From Phycisphaerae bacterium (lineage in GTDB: Bacteria; Planctomycetota; Phycisphaerae; Phycisphaerales; UBA1924): a stretch of DNA of 64,000 nucleotides. The notes below the pieces were generated by a model. That model had not been told where the DNA came from and searched no databases. It worked only from the letters and a program-made list of their open reading frames with translations. This document shows positions 15,699 to 24,468 of the stretch, piece by piece. The position numbers were made by a program, and so were the translations under genes. The stretch lies in contig JBGPJM010000001.1 in assembly GCA_041485385.1 (NCBI GenBank), positions 421-64,420 on the forward strand. Reading direction: 5' to 3'. Position 1 is the first letter of the stretch. Each line of letters opens with the position of its first letter.

Positions 15699-15760
15699 TG
15701 ACTTGGCATTCTGTTCACCTCACGAAAAAGCCGACATGACACGCGTGTCCCCGCCCGGCT
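15699..15760 (-). promoter_or_regulatory. Conserved 62-nt leader/promoter box, copy 1
   Basis: Almost identical to 17117-17179. Gene-sense sequence is AGCCGGGCGGGGACACGCGTGTCATGTCGGCTTTTTCGTGAGGTGAACAGAATGCCAAGTCAA. Contains the perfect 12-bp palindrome GACACGCGTGTC (15738-15749). Confidence 0.6.
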
Positions 15761-15767
15761 GAGAACA

Positions 15768-15797
15768 CCCGCGCGATGGCGTCAACCATCGCGCGGG
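15768..15797 (-). terminator. Strong hairpin after the 15820..17028 gene
   Basis: cccgcgcgatgg / cgtcaa / ccatcgcgcggg gives a perfect 12-bp GC-rich stem with a 6-nt loop, 23 nt downstream of the stop. No obvious U-tract. Confidence 0.5.
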
Positions 15798-15819
15798 CGT
15801 GTGCTGCGTAAGTCGGCTC

Positions 15820-17028
15820 CTACGGGCAGGGAGCGAAGAACGCACCGAGGAAGTCGAAGAAATCCTGGGAGTTGATGATCGAGTCGTGGTTGAAGTCGGC
15901 GCTCGGGTTACCGGCAAAGAAGGCGGCGAGGAAGTCGAAGAAGTCGCCTGAGTTCGCGATGCCGTCTTGGTTGAAATCCGCCGCGCAGAAGAGCGGCCGC
16001 GTCCAGAGCAGGGCTTCGGTGTAACCCGTCAGCGAGTTGGTGCCGAAGCCCGCGACATAGAGGTTCGTGCCATCGCTGGAAAGCCCCGATGCTCGACTCT
16101 CCGTGAACCCGGCGGGGAGGAAAACGTGGAGATCGACCCAGGAGTCCGCCGTGCCGCTCCACAGGCTGGCGTGGGCCGCGCCGCCCACAAATGCACTCCC
16201 CGCCTGCTGCCCGCCGCTGATGGCAATGGCGTAGGAACTGGTCAAGCCCGCCGGGCCGAGACTGACCCACGAGTCCGCCGTGCCGCTCCACAGGCTGGCG
16301 ACGGTCACGCTGCCGCCGTCCCAGGCATACCCCACCTGCTGCCCGCCGCTGCCGCCAAAGACTTCGGACCACACCGCGCCCGCCGGGTTGAGATCGACCC
16401 ACGAGTCCGCCGTCCCGCTCCACAGGCTGGCGTGGTAATCGGCAAAGTCGCCCACAGCGGCATACCCCGCCTGCCGCCCGCCGCTGGCGACCCGGGCCAT
16501 GGACTCGTATTCGCCCGCCGGGTGGAGATCGACCCACGAGGCCGCCGTCCCGCTCCACAGGCTGGCGCGGTACTGGTCATCCACAGAGACATACCCCACC
16601 TGCTGCCCGTCGCCGACGCCAAGGGCTTCGGACTCCGGCGATCCCGCCGGGTTGAGATCGACCCACGAGGCCGCCGTGCCGCTCCACAGGCTAGCGCGGA
16701 CCGCGCCGTCCACAATGGCAACCCCCACCTGCTGCCCGCCGCTGGCCGCGGTGGCAAAGGACAACGCCGAGCCGGCCGGGTTGAGATCGACCCACGAGGC
16801 CGCCGTGCCGCTCCACAGGCTGGCGCGGTACACGCCGCCCACGGTGGCACCTCCCGCCTGCTGACCGCCGCTGGCGGCACGGGCATCGCAGTGCGTCGAG
16901 CCCGCCGGGTTAAGTCTGGCCACGGTCCACTGGGCGTGGGCCGTTGAGGCGAGCATGACACTCGCGAGCGCAGGCAGCGCTGCCATGATGGTGTTTCGGA
17001 TGGTATTTCGAATGTATGTCACGTTCAT
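15820..17028 (-). CDS. Secreted HAF-like repeat protein with C-terminal double dockerin-like tag
   Basis: ORF 15820..17064. I prefer the ATG at 17028 (MNVTYIRNTIRNTIMAALPALASVMLASTAHA), preceded by GGAGGAG. About eight repeats of ...GGQQ(V/A)G...ASLWSGTA(A/D)SWVDLNPAG.... C-terminus is [55 protein letters not shown]. Confidence 0.85.
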   Translation of the reverse strand: MNVTYIRNTIRNTIMAALPALASVMLASTAHAQWTVARLNPAGSTHCDARAASGGQQAGGATVGGVYRASLWSGTAASWVDLNPAGSALSFATAASGGQQVGVAIVDGAVRASLWSGTAASWVDLNPAGSPESEALGVGDGQQVGYVSVDDQYRASLWSGTAASWVDLHPAGEYESMARVASGGRQAGYAAVGDFADYHASLWSGTADSWVDLNPAGAVWSEVFGGSGGQQVGYAWDGGSVTVASLWSGTADSWVSLGPAGLTSSYAIAISGGQQAGSAFVGGAAHASLWSGTADSWVDLHVFLPAGFTESRASGLSSDGTNLYVAGFGTNSLTGYTEALLWTRPLFCAADFNQDGIANSGDFFDFLAAFFAGNPSADFNHDSIINSQDFFDFLGAFFAPCP

Positions 17029-17116
17029 TACTCCTCCAGGCTTGTTGTTCCGTCCCGGGACCATGCCATTTTCTCGCGATCAACTGCCGAGGTGTCGCAC
17101 AATCGCGCTCTTGCGC

Positions 17117-17179
17117 TTGACTTGGCATTCTGTTCACCTCACGAAGAGCCGACATGACACGTGTGATTCCCGCCCGGCT
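17117..17179 (-). promoter_or_regulatory. Conserved 62-nt leader/promoter box, copy 2
   Basis: ttgacttggcattctgttcacctcacgaagagccgacatgacacgtgtgattcccgcccggct. Differs from copy 1 at only a few positions. Palindromic core is ACACGTGT. Lies about 90 nt upstream of the ATG at 17028. Confidence 0.6.
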
Positions 17180-17297
17180 ACGCCGCCGGAACGTTCAGAC
17201 TCCAGCATGACTCCGTTCCGTGCGGCCGCCCGGACGACATTGCCGACCACGAACGTGGGCGGCGCCCCTTGCCAGGAGCGCGGGGCGAGCAAGCAGG

Positions 17298-17317
17298 TTC
17301 GATGCTCACGCATCGAA
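17298..17317 (-). terminator. Hairpin downstream of the kinase gene
   Basis: ttcgatgc / tcac / gcatcgaa gives a perfect 8-bp stem with a 4-nt loop, about 145 nt after the kinase stop at 17461. Confidence 0.3.
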
Positions 17318-17460
17318 TGGCGGTGGACACCAGGACGCGGATCGCCGCAGTGTGTCTGTCACACTCCTACAGGCGACGCCGGCGATGGCGGGGGATCAAA
17401 CAACGTCAAGATCGTCGCCTGATTGGAGATATTTCTCCCGTCAGGTCGAGCTGTGCCGGC

Positions 17461-20400
17461 TCACGGCATCGGCAACTTGGACCGCCACTGGGCGGCCTTG
17501 AGGGCGTGTCCCTGCTCCGGGTCGGACCGGTCCCAAGCTTCGTAGAACGCGGCGAGGCGCTCGATGGAGGCGTTGAGCTGCGGGCTGGCGGGCGGGGCAT
17601 CGCCGGCGTCGGCTGGGGGCGCCAACCGTTCGCACGCTTCGACGAGCAGGGCCTCGGCCTGGGGCATCTCGGCTCGGGCCGTGCGATACTCGGCGAGGTT
17701 GAACAGATCGCGGGTGATATCCGGATGGCTGCGCGGCTGGAGGCGTCGGCGCATGCCCAGAGCTTCCTCGAATTGGGCCAGGGCCAGCTCGTCCTTCCCG
17801 AGAGCCCGGAGACAACCCGCCACACCCGCGAGGCTCTGGGCCGTGTCCACCTGATCTCCGGGCGCGATTCGCCGGCGCATCGCCAGGGCCTGCTCGTATC
17901 GGCCCAGGGCCTCCGCCGGTTCTCTCATCGATTCGTAGCAGGCGCCGATGTGTTCGAGAGTCGATGCGGCGTCGGCGCTGTCGGGGCTGGCGAGGTGCTG
18001 GAAGATCTCGAGGGCATGCTCGTGTGCCTCGATCGCCTTCGACGGGTTCTTAAGTTTCGTCAGACAGTCGGCCATCCGGTTGGTCATCTGGGCCGTGTGG
18101 ATGCGGTAGGGCTCGCCGAGACGTTGGGCGATGTCGCGTGCCTCGGTGAATCGGTCGAGCGCGTCCTGGAAGTGTTCGAGGGACAGCAGGCACAAGGCGG
18201 TGTTCATCAGGTCGTAGGAGATGTTGATGTGGTCGCCGTCGTAGTAGCCGCGCCAGAACGTCAGCGCCTGGTCGTACTTGTCGAACCCATCCTGGAAGCT
18301 GCCCATGCCCTGGAAGCAGTAGCCCATGCAGTCGAATGTCGCGGCTTCCCGCTCGCTCCTGCCGGGCCAGGCGCGGTGGCACAACTCCAGGGCGGTCCGG
18401 TACTTGGCCATCGCGTCGTCCCGCCGGTTGAACGCCTCGAGGGTTCTGCCAAGTTCGAAGAGGCTTGTGATCGCGGCGCGAGGGTCCTGCTCGACCAGGC
18501 GTGCCCGCATCGCCGCGCCGGCCTCGAGGCTCTCGATCGCCTTGTCTTCGCGACCCAGGCGCCTGTAGACGGCGCCGAGCTCTGTCAAGCCTTCTGCAAC
18601 CCATGGATCATCTCCGGGGCGTGCGCTCTTGCGCCTGGCCAACTCCTGCTGCATCATGAGCAGCGCCTCGTCGGGGCTGCCCAGTGCGATGAGGCTTCTG
18701 GACTCCTGGTGCAGCATCAACGTGGTGTTCAGGCTGGGACCGGGACAGAAGAGCTGTTGCATGCAGCGGGCGGCGTGCGACGTTGCCAGGGACTCGTCGT
18801 ATTGACGATTGCTCCACAGGCAGATCGCTTGATTGGAGAGCGCTGCCGCGAGGTTCAGGTTTCCACCCGGGAACAGACGATGGAACATGGAAACGGCCAC
18901 TTCGTACTCGACCAGCGCGTCGGCTGTTCGCGTGAGATCTTTGAGGCAGTCGGCCACGACCCTATGGCCCTGCGCGACAGCCGCGTGATCCCCGGGGTGG
19001 AGGCGTTGCGCCATCGCGAGAGCCTCGCTGTAGAGCGGAAGCGCCTGGTTGGGCGGGACGCACCAGCCGATGGCTTCCAGACTCTTCACGATGCGATCAT
19101 CGTCGCCTGTGCATTCGCGCCGTCGGATCTCGAGCGAGCGCCGCAGCAGCGGGAGCGCCTCACCGGACATCTCGCGGGAACGGAGCACGAGGCCCAGCTC
19201 GTACATCACGCCGGCGGCCTCCAAACTTCCGGGACCATCGCCGGCGCTGGCGAGCTCCAGAGCCCGGCGGAGCATCCGGTCGGACCTCTCCCACTCGGCG
19301 ATGCCCCGGTACACGCTGCCGATCATGAACCGGAGCCGCCATTCTTCCTCCGGCGCCGCGGAGAGTTCCCCGGCATCAATGCGGGCGGCGGCGGCGTCCA
19401 TCATCTCCTGCAACATCCTGGTGTCGCGCCCGAGAGCCACCGACGGGCCGACGCCGGCAAACACCTCCCCCATGAACTGCCCGACCCCTTCGGCGCGGTG
19501 ACGCGCGGCCGCCTCCTTGACGAGCGCCGCCTCTTTGGCGTCGTTCTTGTATTTCGCCTGCACGAGGCCGTACGTCGCCAGCCCCAGCCCCAGCACCAGC
19601 GCGCCAAGCACCGCGGAACCCGCGAGGAAGACGCCGAGGTTCCGCCGCACCAGCTTTCCCAGCCGGTACACGGTGCTGGGAGGGCCGGCCAGCACCGGCT
19701 CGTCGCACAGGTACCGCTGCACCTCCATCGCCAGACCGTTGGCCGTCTCGTAGCGGCGGGTGCGGTCCTTCTCCAGGCACTTCATCACGATCCAGTCCAG
19801 CTCGCCGCGCACCAGCCTGCCGATCCTTGAAGGCTCCGTCCGGCGATTCGTCGCCACCCGCGCGAGCGCATCTCCCAACGTGCTCAGGCGCGTGCTGGGA
19901 GTAGGTGGCTCCTCCTCCCGGATCATCCGCTGCATCTCCGCCCACGCCGCGGAACGGAGCCGCTTGGGGTCCAGCGGCGTCGTCCCGGTGAGCAGTTCGT
20001 ACAACAGCACTCCCAGGCTGAAGATGTCGCTGCGCGTGTCGATGTCCACGCCGGTCATCTCCGCCTGCTCCGGGCTCATGTACTCGGGCGTGCCGATGAG
20101 CTGGCGGTGCTCGGTGAAGAGCGTCTTCTCCGTGAGGCGTGCGGAGGTCGCCTTGGCGATCCCGAAGTCGATCACCTTCGGGATCGGCTTGCCGTCGGAC
20201 ACGGTTACCAGCACGTTGCCCGGCTTGATGTCCCGGTGGATGACCCCTTTCTGGTGCGAGTGCTGCACGGCGTTGCACACCTGCGCGAACAGCTCCAGGC
20301 GCTCGCGGGTGCTGAGGCTGTTCGTATCGCAATACTCCGTCACCGGCTCTCCGCGCACCAGCTCCATCACGAAATAGGGGCGCCCCGTAGGCGTCGCTCC

Positions 20401-20877
20401 GGCATCAAGAACCCTGGCAATATTCGGGTGGTCCATGAGGGCCAGGGCCTGGCGCTCCTGCTCGAAGCGGGCGACGACCTGCCCGGTGTCCATCCCCAGC
20501 TTGATGATCTTCAGCGCCACCCGCCGCCGTACGGGCTGCTCCTGTTCCGCCAGGAAAACGGCTCCGAAGCCGCCCTCCCCGATGAGCTGGAGCAGCTTGT
20601 AGGGTCCGATCCGGGCGCCGGGCCCCTCTCTGAGCGGCCCCATGGCGGTCGACGTCGACAGCTCGGATCCTTCACCAGCCGGCAGCGCGTTCCCCGCCGT
20701 CGGCGAGGCCATGAAGTCTCCCGCCCTTGCCCCGGCCGCCAGCAACCCCAGCACGCGCTGCAGGAGTTCGGCGTCGTTCGCGCACTCGGCGCGCACAAAC
20801 GCCTCTCTCGCCCCCGGCGGTTGCTCCATCGCCTCGCCGAAGATCCGCTCCATTTGCCGCAGCTTGGTCCCGGCCAT
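17461..20877 (-). CDS. Ser/Thr protein kinase with transmembrane helix and long TPR domain
   Basis: 1138 aa. Kinase motifs [34 protein letters not shown] and SPEQ. One TM helix ([23 protein letters not shown]), then about 700 aa of TPR-like repeats. Confidence 0.92.
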   Translation of the reverse strand: MAGTKLRQMERIFGEAMEQPPGAREAFVRAECANDAELLQRVLGLLAAGARAGDFMASPTAGNALPAGEGSELSTSTAMGPLREGPGARIGPYKLLQLIGEGGFGAVFLAEQEQPVRRRVALKIIKLGMDTGQVVARFEQERQALALMDHPNIARVLDAGATPTGRPYFVMELVRGEPVTEYCDTNSLSTRERLELFAQVCNAVQHSHQKGVIHRDIKPGNVLVTVSDGKPIPKVIDFGIAKATSARLTEKTLFTEHRQLIGTPEYMSPEQAEMTGVDIDTRSDIFSLGVLLYELLTGTTPLDPKRLRSAAWAEMQRMIREEEPPTPSTRLSTLGDALARVATNRRTEPSRIGRLVRGELDWIVMKCLEKDRTRRYETANGLAMEVQRYLCDEPVLAGPPSTVYRLGKLVRRNLGVFLAGSAVLGALVLGLGLATYGLVQAKYKNDAKEAALVKEAAARHRAEGVGQFMGEVFAGVGPSVALGRDTRMLQEMMDAAAARIDAGELSAAPEEEWRLRFMIGSVYRGIAEWERSDRMLRRALELASAGDGPGSLEAAGVMYELGLVLRSREMSGEALPLLRRSLEIRRRECTGDDDRIVKSLEAIGWCVPPNQALPLYSEALAMAQRLHPGDHAAVAQGHRVVADCLKDLTRTADALVEYEVAVSMFHRLFPGGNLNLAAALSNQAICLWSNRQYDESLATSHAARCMQQLFCPGPSLNTTLMLHQESRSLIALGSPDEALLMMQQELARRKSARPGDDPWVAEGLTELGAVYRRLGREDKAIESLEAGAAMRARLVEQDPRAAITSLFELGRTLEAFNRRDDAMAKYRTALELCHRAWPGRSEREAATFDCMGYCFQGMGSFQDGFDKYDQALTFWRGYYDGDHINISYDLMNTALCLLSLEHFQDALDRFTEARDIAQRLGEPYRIHTAQMTNRMADCLTKLKNPSKAIEAHEHALEIFQHLASPDSADAASTLEHIGACYESMREPAEALGRYEQALAMRRRIAPGDQVDTAQSLAGVAGCLRALGKDELALAQFEEALGMRRRLQPRSHPDITRDLFNLAEYRTARAEMPQAEALLVEACERLAPPADAGDAPPASPQLNASIERLAAFYEAWDRSDPEQGHALKAAQWRSKLPMP

Positions 20878-20887
20878 GGCCGCCCTT

Positions 20888-21502
20888 CTAGGACTCCCCC
20901 GCGTCGCGCTCGGCGCCCTCCTGGTCTCCCAACTCCTGGAACAGCAACGCCCGCGCGAACGCCCACCGCCGCTTCACCGTCGCCGGCGACAACCCAAGCG
21001 CCGCCGCGGTCGTTTCCACGTCCAGGCCGGCATAGAACCGCAGCCGTACCACCCATGCCAGCTCGGTGTCCTGCATCTCCAGGCGACGCACCGCCTCGTC
21101 GAGGCTCAGGATCGCGTCGGAATCCAGCTCCGCGGCCAGGTCCACCACACACAACGGCACGCGACGCGCCGGGGATCCATGACTGTCGCCGCCCCGTTTC
21201 ATCCGCCCGCGCGCTCGCGCATGCTCGATCAGGATTCGGCGCATCGCCTCGGCGGCGGCCGTGTAAAAATGAGCCCTGCCCGACCACTGGGGCTCGCCGC
21301 CGCCGACCAGGCGCAGATAGGCCTCGTGGACCAGCGCGGTGGCCTGCAGCGTGTGGCCCGCACGCTCCTGCGCCATCCGCTCCTGGGCAATGGCACGGAG
21401 CTGACCATACACGAGCGGGAGAAGGTCGGCTGCGGCCTGGACATCACCCCCCGCGACCCGTTGCAGCAGCCGCGTTGCCGGTGTAGTTGAGTTCCCGGGC
21501 AT
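20888..21502 (-). CDS. ECF-type RNA polymerase sigma factor (PF07638 / ECF43-like)
   Basis: 204 aa. [41 protein letters not shown]...[20 protein letters not shown] is the hallmark N-terminal region of this family. Lies 10 nt upstream of the kinase gene. Confidence 0.9.
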   Translation of the reverse strand: MPGNSTTPATRLLQRVAGGDVQAAADLLPLVYGQLRAIAQERMAQERAGHTLQATALVHEAYLRLVGGGEPQWSGRAHFYTAAAEAMRRILIEHARARGRMKRGGDSHGSPARRVPLCVVDLAAELDSDAILSLDEAVRRLEMQDTELAWVVRLRFYAGLDVETTAAALGLSPATVKRRWAFARALLFQELGDQEGAERDAGES

Positions 21503-21701
21503 GCAGGCAGCATAGGGCCCCGCACGCTTCGAATGCGTCGGCCGCCAACGGCGCGATGAACTTCGGCCGGGAGTCGCCGTGCATCTCGCGGCACTCGTCG
21601 TAGATGACGACGTGGCCGCTGGTCGGGGGCGAGCCGGTCGGAACGTTCAGAACCTCGTGGTTCGTCCACCGAACATGCCCAAAAACGTCCGAAAACCGCA
21701 T
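21444..21701 (-). CDS. Candidate small protein (85 aa) overlapping the sigma-gene start
   Basis: Tail of ORF 21444..22385 from the ATG at 21701. [68 protein letters not shown] has normal amino-acid composition and mostly G/C third positions. No family recognised. Overlaps the sigma ORF by 59 nt. Confidence 0.3.
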   Translation of the reverse strand: MRFSDVFGHVRWTNHEVLNVPTGSPPTSGHVVIYDECREMHGDSRPKFIAPLAADAFEACGALCCLHARELNYTGNAAAATGRGG

Positions 21702-21845
21702 GGTATTACCCGATTCGGGCGCGCAGGAAGGGCCCACCCCCATCCCATATCCCGCATTCCGCAAGGTCTCCCTGAAGTCCCCCGGCCTCCCGGCCGATCC
21801 CCTCGGGTTGCTCGACACGCAGCACCTCAAGCCCCGGAGCCTCAC

Positions 21846-22271
21846 ATGACCAGCCTCTTGACCCTCGCGCAGAATGCCGCCTCGTCGGGCGGCAGCCCCG
21901 TCGTCCTCGTCATCCAGCTCGCCGTCGTCATCCTGACGATCGCGGGCCTGTGGAAGGTTTTCGAGAAGGCCGGCCAGCCCGGATGGGCCGCGATCGTCCC
22001 GGTCTATAACCTGTTTATTCTCTGCAAACTGGCCGGCAAACCCGCCTGGTGGGTGGTGCTGTTCCTCGTCCCCGTCGTGAACCTGATCGCGCTGGCGGTG
22101 GTCTCGATGGAGGTCGCCAAGGCCTTCGGCAAGACCGCCGCGTTCGGCGTCGGCCTCTTCCTGCTGGGCTTCATCTTCTACCCCATGCTGGCCTTCACCG
22201 ATGCGCAGTACCGGGCGCCGGGCGCGCCGGCGAGTCCCGCGGCCGATGCCCGCACCCGTGCGGCGGCCTGA
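21846..22271 (+). CDS. DUF5684-family small membrane protein
   Basis: Internal ATG (M90) of ORF 21579..22271. IAGLWKVFEKAGQPGWAAIVPVYNLFILCKLAGKPAWWVVLFLVPVVNLIALAVVSMEVAKAFGKTAAFGVGLFLLGFIFYPMLAF is the characteristic DUF5684 pattern. Confidence 0.8.
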   Translation: MTSLLTLAQNAASSGGSPVVLVIQLAVVILTIAGLWKVFEKAGQPGWAAIVPVYNLFILCKLAGKPAWWVVLFLVPVVNLIALAVVSMEVAKAFGKTAAFGVGLFLLGFIFYPMLAFTDAQYRAPGAPASPAADARTRAAA

Positions 22272-22296
22272 AAAGGGCCTGAAAAAGCCGGCCGGA

Positions 22297-23604
22297 TCAC
22301 TCCAGCGGCGCCAGGCGCACGCTGCGGAACTGGATCTCCGCGCCCTCGCTCTGCAGGCAGATCTTCCCGGCCACTTCTTCGACATCGGTCGCGCGATTCA
22401 GCTCCTCGCCGTTGACCTTCAGGATGATCTGGCCGTGGTTGACGATGATCTCGTACTCGTTCCACTCGCCGATCGGGCGCTCGGCGCCGTGCGTTTTCTT
22501 CGTGTTCCGGCCGCTCGTGCGAGACCTGTCTGCGGTCATCCTGACCTCGTCGATGTTCCAGAAATCCCCGGCGTTTCCTGATTCAAGCTGGGCCTCGACG
22601 CTCTTGGGCCACACCTTGTCGGCCCCCACCATCCGCAGGAGCACGCCGCTGTTCCCGGCCTGCCTGGTGACCGGGTTGAACCGCCACTCGACCTTGAGCA
22701 CGAAGTTCCTGTAGTCCTTCTCGGTGCGGATGTAGCCGATCGGGTTGCCCTTGCAGATGAGGATCCCGTCCTTCACGCTCCAGACGTCCTCGGGCTTCAT
22801 CCCCGCCTTGGCCGCCTCCGGGACGATGGCCACCCACCCGGTCAGGTCCTTGCCGTTGTACAGCTTCATTTCACCCGGGAGCGGCGCGCCGAGGTCGCGG
22901 ATCCGGACGTCCGTGTAGGAAATCTCGCCGTCATGTTCCTGAAGGGCGATGTGGCCGCGGGGCTGCACGCCGAAGCCCGGGTATTCCTTGAACTTGCTCG
23001 CGGCGATCTTCTCCAGCCACTCCTGCGTCGGCTTGCCGGCGTCGTCGGCGATGACGGCCTCGACGACCTGCTGGCCGTTGAGCCAGTGCTGGACGACGCC
23101 GTTGCGGAGGTAGATGCGTCCCTCGTTCCACTGGCCCGCGGGCATCATGGTCTTGCCCTCCGACGGGGAGAAGAGGTCATAGAGGGCCGCGCAGGAGTGC
23201 GCATCGGTGGACTTGGCGCCGTAGGTGGCGTCCTCGAGGACCTGGTACTCGGGGCCGGTCTGCCAGGAGGCGTCGTGCTGCTCGGTGCAACGCCAGATGA
23301 TGCCGCTGTTGGCCTTGGGGGCCATTTTGAAGCGGCAGGTGAGCTCGAAGTCGCCGAACTGCTCGGTGGTCATCAGGTCGCCACCGCCTGCGCCGGCGGT
23401 GGAGAGCACGCCCTCGGACAGCGCCCATCCCTTGGCGGGGAAGGCGGGCTGCTTGTAGGCGCGCCAGAGGGACTTGGCGTCGGGGCCGGTATAGAGCTTC
23501 CAGCCGGCGGCCTGATCGACCTTGGTGAGGGTGGGCTGCGCCGCCGCGGGCTGGGGGGCGGCGATGAGGGCGGCGACTGTCAACGGCAGGATGGTGGTGA
23601 GCAT
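22297..23604 (-). CDS. Secreted protein with two DUF1080 (3-keto-disaccharide hydrolase-like) domains
   Basis: Only the last 435 aa of ORF 22297..25968 are real. MLTTILPLTVAALIAAPQPAAAQ is the signal peptide. There are two copies of the W...G.L....GG.L.T...F.DFEL..E(F/W)(K/R)....NSG(I/V)..R...EYQ(V/I)LD pattern. Confidence 0.85.
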   Translation of the reverse strand: MLTTILPLTVAALIAAPQPAAAQPTLTKVDQAAGWKLYTGPDAKSLWRAYKQPAFPAKGWALSEGVLSTAGAGGGDLMTTEQFGDFELTCRFKMAPKANSGIIWRCTEQHDASWQTGPEYQVLEDATYGAKSTDAHSCAALYDLFSPSEGKTMMPAGQWNEGRIYLRNGVVQHWLNGQQVVEAVIADDAGKPTQEWLEKIAASKFKEYPGFGVQPRGHIALQEHDGEISYTDVRIRDLGAPLPGEMKLYNGKDLTGWVAIVPEAAKAGMKPEDVWSVKDGILICKGNPIGYIRTEKDYRNFVLKVEWRFNPVTRQAGNSGVLLRMVGADKVWPKSVEAQLESGNAGDFWNIDEVRMTADRSRTSGRNTKKTHGAERPIGEWNEYEIIVNHGQIILKVNGEELNRATDVEEVAGKICLQSEGAEIQFRSVRLAPLE

Positions 23605-23703
23605 GGGCGTGGCCTCCGTGGGGTGGTTGGGCATTCTACGGGATCTGCCTCCGGCCCCGCTCCCTCCCCCGTCTGTCAGCGGCTCGCCGCCAAGGATCCC
23701 GGC

Positions 23704-24399
23704 ATGCCACTTACACCACACGTCGAGAAGCACTTCGCCGCGCCCGAGGCGGTCCGGGACGTCGTCATCGGGATGTCGGATGGACTGACGGTGCCGTTTG
23801 CGCTGGCGGCCGGGCTCTCGGGGGCGATCGATTCCACGGCGGTGATCGTGACGGCGGGGCTGGCGGAGATCGCGGCGGGCTCGATCGCGATGGGCCTGGG
23901 CGGGTTCCTTGCGGCGCGCACCGATGCTCAGCATTACGAGGCCGAGCTGGCCCGCGAGCGCAGGGAGGTGAAGGAGGTGCCGGAGGTAGAGAAGAAAGAA
24001 GTCGCCGAGCTGCTGACCGGGTACGGCCTGACTGCCGAGCAGGCGGCGCCGGTCGTCGAGGCCTTGGCCGCCGACGAGGGGCGGTGGGTGGACTTCATGA
24101 TGCGGTTCGAGCTGGGGCTGGAGCCGATCGAGCGGACGCGGGCGAGGAACAGCGCCCTGACGATCGCCGCGGCATATGTCGCGGGCGGGATGGTGCCGCT
24201 GACGCCGTACATGCTGGCGGGATCGGCGCGGAGCGCGACGTGGTGGTCGGTGGTGGTGACGCTTCTGGCGCTGCTGGTCTTCGGGTTCGTGAAGGCGCGG
24301 TTCACCGGGGCGCCGCCGCTGCGCGGGGCATTGCAGACGGTGCTGATCGGGGGTTTGGCGGCGGGGGCGGCGTTCGGGATCGCGAAGCTGATCGGGTGA
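23704..24399 (+). CDS. VIT1/CCC1-family iron/manganese transporter
   Basis: 231 aa from the internal ATG of ORF 22933..24399. VIGMSDGLTVPFALAAGLSGA ... EIAAGSIAMGLGGFLAARTD ... a coiled acidic linker ... C-terminal TM helices. This is the typical VIT layout. Confidence 0.85.
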   Translation: MPLTPHVEKHFAAPEAVRDVVIGMSDGLTVPFALAAGLSGAIDSTAVIVTAGLAEIAAGSIAMGLGGFLAARTDAQHYEAELARERREVKEVPEVEKKEVAELLTGYGLTAEQAAPVVEALAADEGRWVDFMMRFELGLEPIERTRARNSALTIAAAYVAGGMVPLTPYMLAGSARSATWWSVVVTLLALLVFGFVKARFTGAPPLRGALQTVLIGGLAAGAAFGIAKLIG

Positions 24400-24468
24400 G
24401 CGGAGGGCGGCGGGCGGTGCGTGTCCGAGCGGTGCAGCCGCGGACTTGACAGCCTGTATCCTGAACAT

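Noticed and set aside
16910-17155. 81-aa ORF starting at the ATG inside the conserved leader box (MSALREVNRMPSQ...)
   Set aside because: The shared residues simply reflect the conserved DNA box. In copy 1 the same ATG is in frame with the downstream gene, while in copy 2 it is not. The rest of the 81-aa product is not protein-like.
17269-19830. Very long antisense ORFs (17269..19830 plus, 44385..48077 minus, 42084..44351 minus, 42635..44701 minus, 35870..37921 minus, 8553..10370 minus, 61548..63425 minus)
   Set aside because: Each lies opposite a gene with unambiguous family motifs (kinase, sdhA, ftsH, aroA, M50 protease, NtrC). Their products are Arg/Pro/Gly/Ala-rich without motifs. This is the classic high-GC shadow-ORF artefact.
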